This document shows positions 38,316-50,925 of a stretch of 64,000 nucleotides of DNA, in pieces. Under the pieces are notes generated by a model that was not told the origin of the DNA, ran no database searches, and was given only the letters and a program-made list of their open reading frames with translations. Position numbers and translations under genes: made by a program. The stretch is taken from contig NC_043019.1 of the NCBI RefSeq assembly GCF_006345805.1, positions 5,703,360-5,767,359 of the forward strand, in the 5' to 3' direction. The first letter of the stretch is position 1; every line of letters begins with the position of its first letter. Source of the DNA: Octopus sinensis. Taxonomy: Eukaryota.

Positions 38316-38648
38316 TAGTTATCGCCATACTAATATGGCATTCTTAATAAAAATAAGAATAAAGCTGTCCGCTTATTAGCTCCATGAGGCCATCGCCTTA
38401 AGTTAGCTATTTGATACCCCAACTGTATCCATATAACCTACGCTGCATTGAAAAGGGGCAATACCCCGAAACGCGTCTGTAGCTGCCGGTCAAGTAGTGT
38501 GGAGCGACTGACCTCCCTTGTTCGAAGGTTATATGGATACAGTTTGTGTATCAAATAGCTAACTTAAGGCGATGGCCTCATGGAGCTAATAAGCGGACAG
38601 CTTTATTCTTATTTTTATAAGAATGCCATATTAGTATGGCGATAACTA
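38316..38648. mobile_element. Fold-back element (123-bp arms) whose 86-bp loop contains a hammerhead-like motif; probably Penelope-derived
   Basis: Arms 38316-38439 and 38526-38648 are reverse complements; the loop contains ggggcaataccccgaaacgcgtc. Confidence 0.8.
38442..38483 (+). ncRNA. Type I hammerhead-ribozyme-like motif (core mutated)
   Basis: Stem I GCTGCA/TGTAGC, core TTGAAAA (vs CTGANGA), stem II GGGG-CAATA-CCCC, GAAAC, palindromic ACGCGT stem III, GTC cleavage triplet. Confidence 0.6.
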
Positions 38649-38768
38649 TTATTTTCCGGGAACGCTGCCGCTGTTCTCTTTTAGAGAGACTTAGTAATTT
38701 TAATATTTCTACATATATATACATATACATATATATATATATATATACATATATACAAATAAATATAC

Positions 38769-38801
<33 letters not shown>

Positions 38802-38825
38802 CATATATACATAAAAATATATGCG

Positions 38826-38857
<32 letters not shown>

Positions 38858-39004
38858 TATATATATATATATATATATTAGGCATATATATGTACATATA
38901 TATATGCATATACATATATTTATATATATATATATATATGTATATGTATATATATGTATATATATATATAGTGAGAGAGAGAGAGAGAGAGAGAGATAAT
39001 AAAC

Positions 39005-39244
39005 AGTTTTGAATGGTACAACAATGTACTATAATACAGACAATGGGCTGTGTATACCTGTTGTAATTTAGTCATCCATATTCTGATGATATTTCAGAAT
39101 AAAATTCCTTCTTCAGATATTCTTAGATGGATATCTGAAGAAGGAATTTTATTCTGAAATATCATCAGAATATGGATGACTAAATTGCAACTGGTATATA
39201 TCCCATTGTTTGTATTATAGTATGTTGTTGTACCATTCAAAACT
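39005..39244. repeat. Fold-back palindrome, ~116-bp arms, ~6-10 nt loop
   Basis: agttttgaatggtacaac... mirrored by ...gttgtaccattcaaaact. Confidence 0.9.
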
Positions 39245-39860
39245 TTTTATTCTTTATAATCAATACACAATGCTTCAAGCAAACTATAATACTCTCCTAT
39301 ATATATATATATATATATACACATATATATATATTGATAAAAATGGTAAGATAACAAAAGAAGAAAGAGACCTTGATATTATGTAAAATAATAGAGGATT
39401 TTATGTGGAAACATAATGTGAGACAATTATTCGGTAGCCATGATAAAACTCCGAGGTGTACTAGCCTAGTGGTGGTCCTAATTTTCGCATTTATTTTTCT
39501 TAAAATTTCTTTACTAATAAAGCCAAGTTCTGATTTAGCTGGATTAATAAGCCTACATTTAGGGTTGAGGGTGGAGGAATGTATACTTTAGTTGCACGGC
39601 ACATGGGTGTGCGGGCACACATGTGTAGGTATGAACAGGCGCGCTTACGCGAAAACTATGAACTTTTTTACCCCCTTACTTAGCAGTCATTCGAATAGCT
39701 CTTTTGTCTTAATAACGGTCAATCACACAGTAATTTCCTTTTGTATAATGGTCATTTTTCATAGCATTTTTCCGATGGCCGGATAACTGAAGAGATGGCG
39801 GCGTGGATTTCCACCTCGGCATCCGAAACTCGAATAATTGTCTCATATTACATTTGCAGG

Positions 39861-39904
<44 letters not shown>

Positions 39905-40149
39905 CATATATATATACATATATATATACATATATATATACATATATATATACATATATATGTGTGTGTATGAGCCACAATGACTGACTACTAGGTCCAA
40001 AAGTTTTTTATTCTCTCTTTGTCTATTTCTGTTGAAGAGCATAGGCTTGAAACATAAAAGGCTTTCTCATCTTCCCAAGTGTTAAACTAATACATCGTCT
40101 TGCTGTTTATATGCCTGTCTTCATCTTTTGTTTTTCCTGTAAATTTCAA

Positions 40150-40700
<551 letters not shown>

Positions 40701-40838
40701 TACTTCTATGTATACATGTAATTTTGTGCATGTATGTGTGTTCAGAGGTATTAATATCACCACACACTATGAATAAAGTTGGGCAGCTGATAATTATTCC
40801 ACTTCATGTTAAATAGATTAGGTGCTGCGTGTAGAAAT

Positions 40839-40874
<36 letters not shown>

Positions 40875-41021
40875 GCATAGACAATATATATGTATGTTCA
40901 GTGGGAAAGAGACACATAAATTCTATACATGTATAGATTGATATGCATATATGCATGTGCAGATGTGTGTTTATGTTTTATAACGGATGTATATCATTAT
41001 ACTACCAAATACGTATGTGTG

Positions 41022-41061
<40 letters not shown>

Positions 41062-41799
41062 TACATACATATACTTGTGTGTGTGTATGTGTGTTAACCC
41101 AAATATCACTGACTAAATCAGTGCCAAAAAGAAACAACAATTTTAATGAGTTTTCCCAACGAAACTCTCAATTAACAATGTAACACTAATTACCATATTG
41201 AAAGTAGTAGACTAAAGACATCATTACAATGATCACGACCATCATCATCATCATCATCATCATAACTTCCTCCCCTGCAGACCTTACTATTGTCTTCTTG
41301 TTTGATTTACATAACAAAGAGATTCACTTCAGAGGTTGGATAATTCCATTTTATTGCCAGGGGTGTTTAAGTTGTTAATGATCTTAATTAAATAACCACC
41401 CCTAATTAAACCAGTTCTTTACATAGACTTAACATACATGCTGAAAATGTCACACGGCTGAGAGGCGGGTGGGGGTGGAGCAGGGGTGAAAGGATTATTC
41501 TTATTTAACCCTAGGTTAGCCCTGATGGTGCTGACCAAAAGTTAATTACTTCCCAGACAAAACCACTGATCTTTTCTCCAAAGCTGATCCGTCTTGGACT
41601 ACAGTATCCTTGCTTTAAGATGCTACAGTGTAATTAGAGGGAGATTTTGTTATTATTTCTTGCAAGTTGATTGATCACATTGAGGATCCATTGATGGTTC
41701 CATGCTCCAAAATAACAGCTGGCCTAATGATATGCAGAGTCCATCATCCAGTGTTGTGTTGTGTAGAATGGTTCTACAATGGCATTGAGGGCTTGTATC

Positions 41800-42375
41800 A
41801 GTTACACACGTTTTAAGTGAGAATATATGACATTGTTCTTCAGATGCTGGGCCTCACTGAGGAAATGACAAGGGTTTGGGAGATGCGGAAATTTGCTGTG
41901 CTGGATAAGATGTGTCAAGTTAAGTAAGATTGTTGTCTTCCACACATACAGGCTTGCCCTTTGCAGGTGCCGGTGCCACTCAAAAGGCAGTGCTGCATTA
42001 ATGCACCTGTGCTGGTGCCACTCGAAAAGCACCCGTGCCAGGGATGCATCAATGCACCTGTGCTGGTGCCACTCGAAAAGCACCTGTGCAGGGATGCATT
42101 AATGCACATGTGCTGGTGCCACTCGAAAGGCACCTGTGCCAGTGCTGCATTAATGCACCTGTGTTGGTGCTGTGTAAATACACCTGTGCTGGTGGCACAT
42201 GAAAAGCAGCCAGCATACTCTGTTGAGCGGTTGTGTTAGGAAAGGCATCCAGCTGTAGAAACCATGCGAAAACAGACAGGTGGTGTCTGGACAGCTCCCC
42301 AGTTGGTCAGCTCCATGTCAAACCGTCCAACCCATGCCAGCATGGAAAGCGGATGTTAAATGATGATGATGATGC
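41800..42375 (+). mobile_element. RTE-type LINE 3' end: ORF terminus, 3'UTR with ~51-bp tandem repeats, (GAT)n tail
   Basis: LGLTEEMTRVWEMRKFAVLDKMCQVK* followed by repeats at ~41972, 42014, 42065, 42115 and the conserved terminal module. Confidence 0.7.
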
Positions 42376-43249
42376 ATCCCTAAAGATATTACTGAAGTAA
42401 AACAGCTTCACCTGGAAAACGAAACTGTTTTCTCAGGTGTTGTTTGCTGGACACACAAATGGGATAACGAGAGTTTGTGATGTTTACAGACATTGATGGC
42501 TTATGTGAAGTGAAAGGTTTTTGACTGGGGTTTGAACTCACATCTCAATCTTGGCAGATTGAAAATTCATATCTTCTTCTCTGGCACTTCTTCATGCCCA
42601 CTCTGCCAGCTAGAAATAGCAACTTCTTTTCCAGCCAACCCAAGATAAACTTTGACAACTTTTAATAGGAAGGGCATTAGTAAATAACATCCTGGACAGA
42701 GTGTATAAACCAGGTTGTTCAGGGTTGGACAACCCTGATTATAAATCTGCTGACCTAGGGCTAAACAACGAGGATATTTGTCCTCATCTACATATAAAAG
42801 GCAAGGCATCAACTCCACAACTTCTCACATGAATAAAGCATTGTCTATAAAGTTCACTTTGATTTAGTTTCTGTTACAAGAAAACACACAAGCACCTCCC
42901 CACCTTCCCCCACTACCTGTATAATTAGTAAAACAGGTGTTAACGAGGAACTTAATGTGGCTCTCTATTGGTGTACGTATGCGTTTAAGTATATGTATGT
43001 TTATATGTATATGAGTGTATATGTGAGTGTGTGTGTGTATGTGTTTAAATATGTGTATTTATGTGTATGTGCATGTGTGTATGTGTGTGTGCACGTGTGT
43101 GTGTGTATGTATGTATACCTAACTAGCCTGTAAAAGGTGAATGAGGAGGTGGGGAGAAACATGTAGCATGGTGGAGGGGGGGACATCAGAGTCCCAGCAG
43201 GCAAGTTTCAACTTGTATTAACGACATTATATAGAGTGGTGCTTGTAAT

Positions 43250-43560
43250 ATATTGCTACACACACACACACACGTGTGTGTGCGTGTGTGTTTGTGTGTG
43301 TGTTTGTGTGTGTGTTTGTGTGTGTGTGTGTTTGTGTGTGTGTGGGTTTGTGTGTGTGTGTGTGTGTGTGTGTTGTGTGTGTGTGTGTGTTTGTGTGTTT
43401 GTGTGTGTGTGTGTGTGCGTGTGTGTGCGTGTGTGTGTCTGTTTGTGCGTGTTTGTGTGTGTGTGTGTGCATGTGTGTTTGTGTGTGTGTGTGTGTGTGC
43501 ACGCGCATGTGTATATGTATATGTATGTCTGTATCTATCTATCTGTCTGTATGTTTGTCT
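43250..43560. repeat. (TG)n microsatellite
   Basis: Direct reading. Confidence 0.95.
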
Positions 43561-43690
43561 GTCTGCATTATCTTTCATCTTTTACTTGTTTCAGTCATTA
43601 AGCTGTGGCCATGCTGGGGCACAGTCTTGGAGAATTTTAGTCAAATGAATCGATCCCAGCATTTATTTTGTTTTGTTTTTACCAAGTCTG

Positions 43691-44099
43691 GGATCTTTTC
43701 GGTTTGAACGGCAGTTTTTTTCTAGCAGTGTCATATGAAATTGTCACCCATAATTATGACCCTAGTATCGATCTATTGCATTTCAATCTCTTTTAGGGTT
43801 AGGAGTGGGGGGAAGGGTATATTTTTTCCTTCACAAATGTAAATAAACCCAATCTGTTTCTTAAACGAGGGACATATTCATACGGCACAGAATGTATTTT
43901 ACCTCAATAGACGTCAGTGATTGGTTGAAATTGCAGAAATTGAAGAAAAACAACAAATATCTTACAAACTATAGAATTTTCTCAATAAAGCAAAAAGAAA
44001 AAGATGTTTTATAAACACATTCTACCAGTATACGAAGTTTAAAATTTTTTAGTTACCTAGAAATTATGTTAAAAACTGCTGTTCAAACCGAAAAGATCC
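43691..44099. mobile_element. MITE with GG-starting TIRs and 8-bp TSD (Merlin-like), copy 1, inserted in a family A SINE
   Basis: TIR ggatcttttcggtttgaacggcagtttt / aaaactgctgttcaaaccgaaaagatcc; caagtctg duplicated at 43683-90 and 44100-07. Confidence 0.85.
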
Positions 44100-44225
44100 C
44101 AAGTCTGGTACTTATTCTATCACTTTCTTTTGCAGAACCACTAAATTATGAGGATGTAAACAAACCAACACATGCTGTCAGGGGGACAGACACAGACACA
44201 AAGATGCACACACATATATATATAT

Positions 44226-44256
<31 letters not shown>

Positions 44257-44418
44257 GATATGTATCTATGATGGTCTTTGTTCAGTTCTGTTTACAATTT
44301 CTACTCAAAATGCTTTGGTTGGCCCAAGGCTATAATAGAAGACACTTGCCCAAGGTTCTACAAGTGGGACTGAACTTGGAACAATGTGGCTGGAAGCTAA
44401 CTTCTTACCACACAGCCA

Positions 44419-44473
<55 letters not shown>

Positions 44474-44799
44474 CATATACATATAAATACATACATACAT
44501 ACATACATACATACTACATATACATCATACTATATATATATTATATTTCTTTACTACCCACAAGGGGCTAAACACAGACGGACAGAGAAACGGATTAAGT
44601 CGATTACATCGACCCCAGTGTGTAACTGGTACTTAATTTATCGACCCTGAAAGGATGAAAGGCAAAGTCGACCTCGGCGGAATTTGAACCCAGAACATAA
44701 CGGCAGATGAAATACGACTACATATTTCACCCGGCGTGCTAACGTTTCTGCCAGCTCGCCACCTATGCATACATGTATGTATGTATGTATGTATGTGTA

Positions 44800-44915
44800 C
44801 GGGGCATGTGTGCTCCCTTCTCTTCTCTATGCCTGCGAGACGTGGGTCACATATCGATACCACCTTAAACATCTGGAACGTTTCCATCAGATGTGCCTCA
44901 GACGGATCTATAGCA
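44800..44915 (+). mobile_element. RTE-type LINE ORF fragment
   Basis: CVLPSLLYACETWVTYRYHLKHLERFHQMCLRRI. Confidence 0.85.
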
Positions 44916-44960
44916 TCCTTTATAACTGTGTAATATATATATATGTGTGTGTGTGTGTAA

Positions 44961-45322
44961 TCTCTCTATATATAAACGGCAGTTTGTCTGTGCGTGTTCT
45001 GTGTGTCTGTTTTCTCGTACCCTCACCCTGACCACGAGCTTTCAACCGATTCTGATGAACTTGACACACACATAGCCAATGTCATAATTCAAAACTAACG
45101 CAGCGAAAATTTTGAAAAGTTCCCCCAGTTCTGAAAAAATCGATAAAATCGACATGGGGTCGAGAATCAGAAACAACCCACAGACTGTCTGGGGACGCAA
45201 CTCAACCTTTTTTAACTAAAAAAAAATTTACCATCATTTTTTGCTATTTTTTGGCTATAACTCTCTAAAAATGCTTTATAGTTATTTCCCTTACAAACCC
45301 GCAACGCCGGCGATACTGCTAG
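44961..45322 (+). mobile_element. Non-autonomous Helitron, ~360 bp
   Basis: Inserted between A and T; 5' TC(TC)TATATATAAA, 3' GC-rich ccgcaacgccggcg then CTAG. Confidence 0.8.
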
Positions 45323-45784
45323 TATATATATATATATAATATATATATATTATTATATATTAGTTGAACTAACATAACAAAGACATCAGCTTTAACCTGC
45401 CTTGGCAAGATCAACGATAAAAAACTTCATGAACCATGATCATGATGATGGTGATGCTGCTGCTGATGGTATAGAAAAAGGAAGAGGAAAAGAAAAATTA
45501 GTCTTAATCTTTAAGATGCAGAAATATGAAGACCATCTTTCACACTGGGATTGTCATATCCTCTGATGTTGTCGCTTGTCTTGGTTTCCTTGTTGTTGTT
45601 GTTGTTGTTGCTGTTGTTGTTGTAAACAGCAATACTGGGAGAGAGAGTTGATGCAACATTGAGGTGTGACAGTCTTCACATATTGTGTATATTTAGGTAG
45701 TGTGTGTGTTTGTGTGTGTGTATAAGTGTATATGTGTATCCGGAGTGTATAACAAAATACTGTGAAATATATAATATCCTGAAA

Positions 45785-47660
45785 GGCAGTAAGCTGGCAG
45801 AAACATTAACACACTTGGCAGTATTTCATCTGTCTTTACATTCTGAGTTCAAATTCCGCCAAGGTCAATTTTGCCTTTCATCCTTTCGGGGTCAATAAAT
45901 TAAGTACCTATTTCTTTACTACCCACAAGGGGCTAAACAGAGAGAGGATAAATAAGGACAGACAAAGGGATTAAGTTGATTATATCGACCCCAGTGTGCA
46001 ACTGGTACTAAATTTATCGACCCCGAAAGGATGAAAGGCAAAGTCGACCTCAGCGGAATTTGAACTCAGAACGTAATGGCAGACGAAATATGGCTATGCA
46101 TTTCGCCCAGTGTGCTAACATTTCTGCCAGCTCGGGGTCGATAAATTAAGTACCAGTTGCATACTGGGGTTAATCTAATCGACTGGTCCCCTCCCCCAAA
46201 ATTTCAGGCCTTGTGCCTATATTAGAAAAGAATCGTTAGCACACTGGGCAATATGCTTAGTGGCATTTTGTCGGGCTTCATATTCTGAGTTAGACTTTAC
46301 TTTTCACCCTTTCGGGGTCAATGAAATAAGTACCAGTTGTACACTGGGGTTGATGTAATCAACTTATCTCCTCCCCCAAAATTGCTGGCCTTGAGCCAAA
46401 CATTTGAAATCAATATATGATATGGTAGTAGTGGTGACGATGATAATAGTGGTGCTGGTGATGATTGTGGGATTTACAAATCCTTTGTATATTAGTAAGT
46501 AACATTCACAAAGAAGTAGTCAACAGTTTTATATAATGTTTCCCACCTGAGTGTGGGCTGCACAGAACTGTAAATTCTAAATATTCACATTAATTGTTAT
46601 TGTTCAAGTGTTTTAAAATATATAATCCCATTATAGTTTTATAATTAACTATTAGGAATTGTATAACAAAAAATTGTTAAAATGTTTTCAGTATTGTAGA
46701 AGAATTTATTGTGCAAGATTTTTAACAACAAAACCTTTTGGGGATCCCAAGGGTCATATGGACCGTAGCTGAGAACCACTGATATAGTGGGTGGAGAGTA
46801 TCATAAAATTTGGAACAATACCGTAATTAGAATAATGAATGAAATGAAAAATAAGTAAAGCTTAAACAATGCAGGAATTTTAAGGTGTTTTTAAGCTTTC
46901 TGCATTGTTAGAAACTTATATCTCATTTATTCATTATTCAACTTCTGAACAACAATGCTTCAATCAAACTCCAATGCTCTTCTAATATTATAATATTTGA
47001 AGAGGGCGAGCTGGCAGAAATGTTAGCAAGTTGGGCAAAATGCATAGTGGTATTTTGTCTGTCAAAAAGGCGGCGAGCTGGCAGAAACGTTAGCACGCCA
47101 GGCGAAATGCTTAGCGGTATTTTGTCTGCGTTACGTTGTGAGTTCAAATTCTGCCGAGGTCGACTTTGCCTTTCATCCTTTCGGGGTCGATAAATAATGT
47201 ACCAGTTACGCACTGGGGTCGATGTGATCGACTTAATACCTATGTCTGTCCTTGTTTGTCCGCTCTGTGTTTAGCCCCTTATGGGTAATAAAGAAATAGG
47301 TATTTTGTCTGTCATTACGTTCTGAGTTCAAATTCTGCCAAGGCCAACTTTGCCTTTCATCCTTTCAGGGTCGATAAATTAAGTACCAGCTGTATACTGA
47401 AGACGATCTAACTGACTGTCCCACCTCCCCAAAAATTTGGGGCCTTGTGCCTAGAGTATAAAAGAATATTATAATGAGCTGGCTGGATCATAAACATGCT
47501 GGGCAAAATGCTTTGCAGTATTTCACCTGTTTTTACGATTTGAGTTCAAATTCCACCAAGGTTGACTTTGCCTTTCATCTTTTCAGGGGTCGTTGAAATA
47601 AGTACCAGTCAAATACTGGGGCTGATGTAATTGAGTTACCCTTCCCCACAAACTTGCTGG
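45785..47660. mobile_element. Dense cluster of SINE family B copies, including nested insertions at 45909-46132 (-) and 47065-47298 (+)
   Basis: TSDs cggggtc(a/g)ataaattaagtacc (22 bp) and ggtattttgtctgtca (16 bp). Confidence 0.85.
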
Positions 47661-48553
47661 CTTAGTGGTTAGGGTGTTGGACTCACTATCATAAGATTGA
47701 GGTTTCAATCTCTGGACCAGGCAATCCATTGTGTTCTTGAGCAAAACACTTCATTTCATGTTGCTCCAATCCAATCAGCAGCGGAAATTAGTTTAGCCTG
47801 GAGAGGGACGGGCTCTGCCAGTCTTTCTAGCCCTAGGCATGCTGCACAGCTGCTGCACCCCAACGACCTCCAAGGAGTTAAAGTTGTGGCAGGGCTGGAG
47901 CTGCATTGCAGAAGTTTTGACCCAATGTCACAGGAGTTCCTTAGTGTATTTCTCTTGGAAGTGATCTCAAACACTGTTTAGGATTGAGTAATAATCACAA
48001 AACTTGTTTATTCGAGTGGGGGGCGGGGAGGTCTTCCTAATCTTTGGAGACATCATAAAACTAGTTGGTGACACTTGACAAAGTGTAGGGTGCTATAAAA
48101 TAAAGGAAGGGATATCATGGAACAATTTGTGGTGTTAGAGTGACAAGGTTATAAAAAAAGTGAGTTATTAACAGTTGGTGTCATAAATCTTCCGTTTGAC
48201 ATAATAAAGTAAATATTTAGCCAATATAAACTCAACAGTGATAGATTTCCAAATGCAAATATATTAAACATGTTTGGACATAGCTTCCAGTGTGTCGTTG
48301 GAGAATATTAACTGACTTGTAGAGGTGTTTGGGAGGTAAGGAATGGTACTTAATAAATAATTTGTGAGGGACGGTGGGGAAACAATAAAATGGGCATTAG
48401 TTTTTGTTGTTGTTTATAACAGGTGAACTCTGATTGATGAGATCAGTCCTGTCTTTTTGTATCAAATGAAGCACAGAGTTGAGATTTATTCCTCTTTATT
48501 TAAGGTTTGTGTCTGGTTTGAGAGAGATTTGGCTGCTATATCTAGCAAGTCAA

Positions 48554-48793
48554 GGCGGTGAGCTGGCAGAATCGTTAGTACGCCGGGCAAAATGCATAGC
48601 AGTATTTCGTCTGCCGTTACGTTCTGAGTTAAAATTCCGCCGAGGTCGACTTTGCCTTTCATCCTTTCAGGGTCGATAAATAAAGTACCAGTTATGCACT
48701 GGGATCGATGTAATCGACTTAATCCCTTTGTCTGTCCTTGTTTGGCCCCTCTATGTTTAGCCCCTTGTGGGCAGTAAAGAAATATAAGAAATA
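48554..48793 (+). mobile_element. SINE family B, young full-length copy
   Basis: 17-bp TSD tatatctagcaagtcaa at 48537-53 and 48794-810. Confidence 0.92.
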
Positions 48794-48919
48794 TATATCT
48801 AGCAAGTCAAGCATTGCCCTAGGGGTTACTTCAATTGATTATATACCCACCATTGGTGAGCTGGCAGAATTGTTAGTGTGACAAACGAAATCCCTGGTGG
48901 CATTTCTTCTGACTTTTTT

Positions 48920-49310
48920 CATTTGAGAAAGATGTTGAAAATCCCCTGGCAAGACAAGGACCCAGGTACGGAAGTCCCCTCACAAGCTGCTCAATCTAAC
49001 ATTTACACACTTTGCGATATACTAAAGGCCTCACTGAAATGCTTTCAGACCAACCCCGAAATCTGAGGAAATGCAAGAACAGAACCACCCAGCCTGGTGT
49101 AGCTGCACCAACAAAGGTGCAACCGCCTGCAAGCAGAATAGGATTGCAGGGGCATGAAGAAAACGTGACCTGCAAAAGTCCAGAGCCAACTCCTGACTTT
49201 TGGTCCGGGCAGATGGCAGCGCCTGCTGAGCATGCATTGGCCTGATTGCACCATGACCCTCCCATCTGATGTTTTTGGTCACTGTTGACAATGGTGGATG
49301 AACATCATCA
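48920..49310 (+). mobile_element. RTE-type LINE C-terminal ORF remnant
   Basis: HLRKMLKIPWQDK...EV, then ILKASLKCFQTNPE, typical RTE/BovB-like segments. Confidence 0.7.
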
Positions 49311-49437
49311 TCATCATCATCATCATCATTATTATTACATTTCATACTTTTGGGGTCAATAAGTTAAGTACCAGTTGAGTACTTGGGTTGAGTACTGGGC
49401 CACCTAAATTTCAGGCCTTGTGCAGATAGTAGAAACG

Positions 49438-49469
<32 letters not shown>

Positions 49470-50508
49470 ATAAAGGCGGCAAGCTGGCAGAAACACACAC
49501 ACATAGTTCAAATTCCGCCGAGGTCGCCTTTGCCTTTCATCCTTTCAGGGTCAATTAAATAAGTACCAGTTATGCACTGGAGTCGATGTAATCGACTTAA
49601 TCCCTTTGTCTGTCCTTGTTTGTCCTCTCTGTGTTTAGCCCCTTTAGGGTAGTAAAAAAATAGGTATTTCGTGTGTCTGTCTTAGTTCAAATTCCCCCAA
49701 GGTCCACTTTACCTTTCATCCTTTCAAGATCGATGAAATAAGTACCAGTTATGCACTGGGTTAATATAATCGACTAACCCCTTCCCTACCAAATTTTCAA
49801 GGCCTTCTGCCTAGAGTAGAAATAATAATAATTATTAAATTTGAGTTTAGATTCCGTCCTGCTTCCTTTTGCCTTTCCTCTTTTTGGGGTTGATAAAAAA
49901 ATAAAACATGAGCTGAAGCTGAGTATTGGACCAATGCTTGTTGTTGTTGTTGTTACAGTTCAGAATACCATGTGACTGAACACTTTTGTCTTTGGAGGTG
50001 TCCATGCCACAATAATACACCACACTCCCCCAACTTTACAAAACATTACACCAACAACACACGACACTTCTTATATATATTTCTTTACTACCCACAAGGG
50101 GCTAAACACAGAGGGGACAAACAAGGACAGACAAAGCGATTAAGTCGATTCCATCGACCCCAGTGCATAACTGGTACTTAATTTATCGACCCCGAAAGGA
50201 TGAAAGGCAAAGTCAACCTTGGCGGAATTTGAACTCAGAACGTAACGGCAGACGAAATACGGCTACGCATTTCACCCGGCGTGCTAACTCCCACCACCAG
50301 ATTGCACTAATAATACCTGACAGGTTCCTTCTCCTAATATAGAAGACAGTGTAAGAGATGTGTCTGTCTGTCATGGAGACATCATGCATCTTGTTTAGAA
50401 GAGTTACTTCCCTTGCAACACACACACACACAAGACGTTGGTGGTAACAAACGTGTAAAAAGTACACCACAAAAATATAGCAATGATCCTAAAAAACATC
50501 CAGTGTTG

Positions 50509-50925
50509 AGATCTTTTCGGTTTGAACGGCAGTTTTTTCTAGCGGTGTCATATGAAATTGTCACCCATAATTATGACCCTAGTATCGATCTATTGCATTT
50601 CAATCTGTTTTAGAGTTAGGGTTAGGGGTGGGGGAAGGGTATCTTTTTTCTTCACAAATGTAAATAAACCCAATCTATTTCTTAAACGAGGGACATATTC
50701 ATACGGCACAGAATGTTTTTTTTACCTCAATGGACGTCATTGATTGGTTGAAATTGCAGAAATTGAAGAAACAAAACAACAAATGTCTTACAAACTATAG
50801 AATTTTCTCAATAAAGCCAAGAGAAAAAGATGTTTTATAAACACATTCTACCAGTATACGAAGTTTAAAAGTGTTTAGTTACCTAGAAATTATGTTAAAA
50901 ACTGCCATTCAAACAGAAAAGATCC
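50509..50925. mobile_element. Merlin-like MITE, copy 2
   Basis: Colinear with 43691-44099; cagtgttg duplicated at 50501-08 and 50926-33. Confidence 0.85.
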
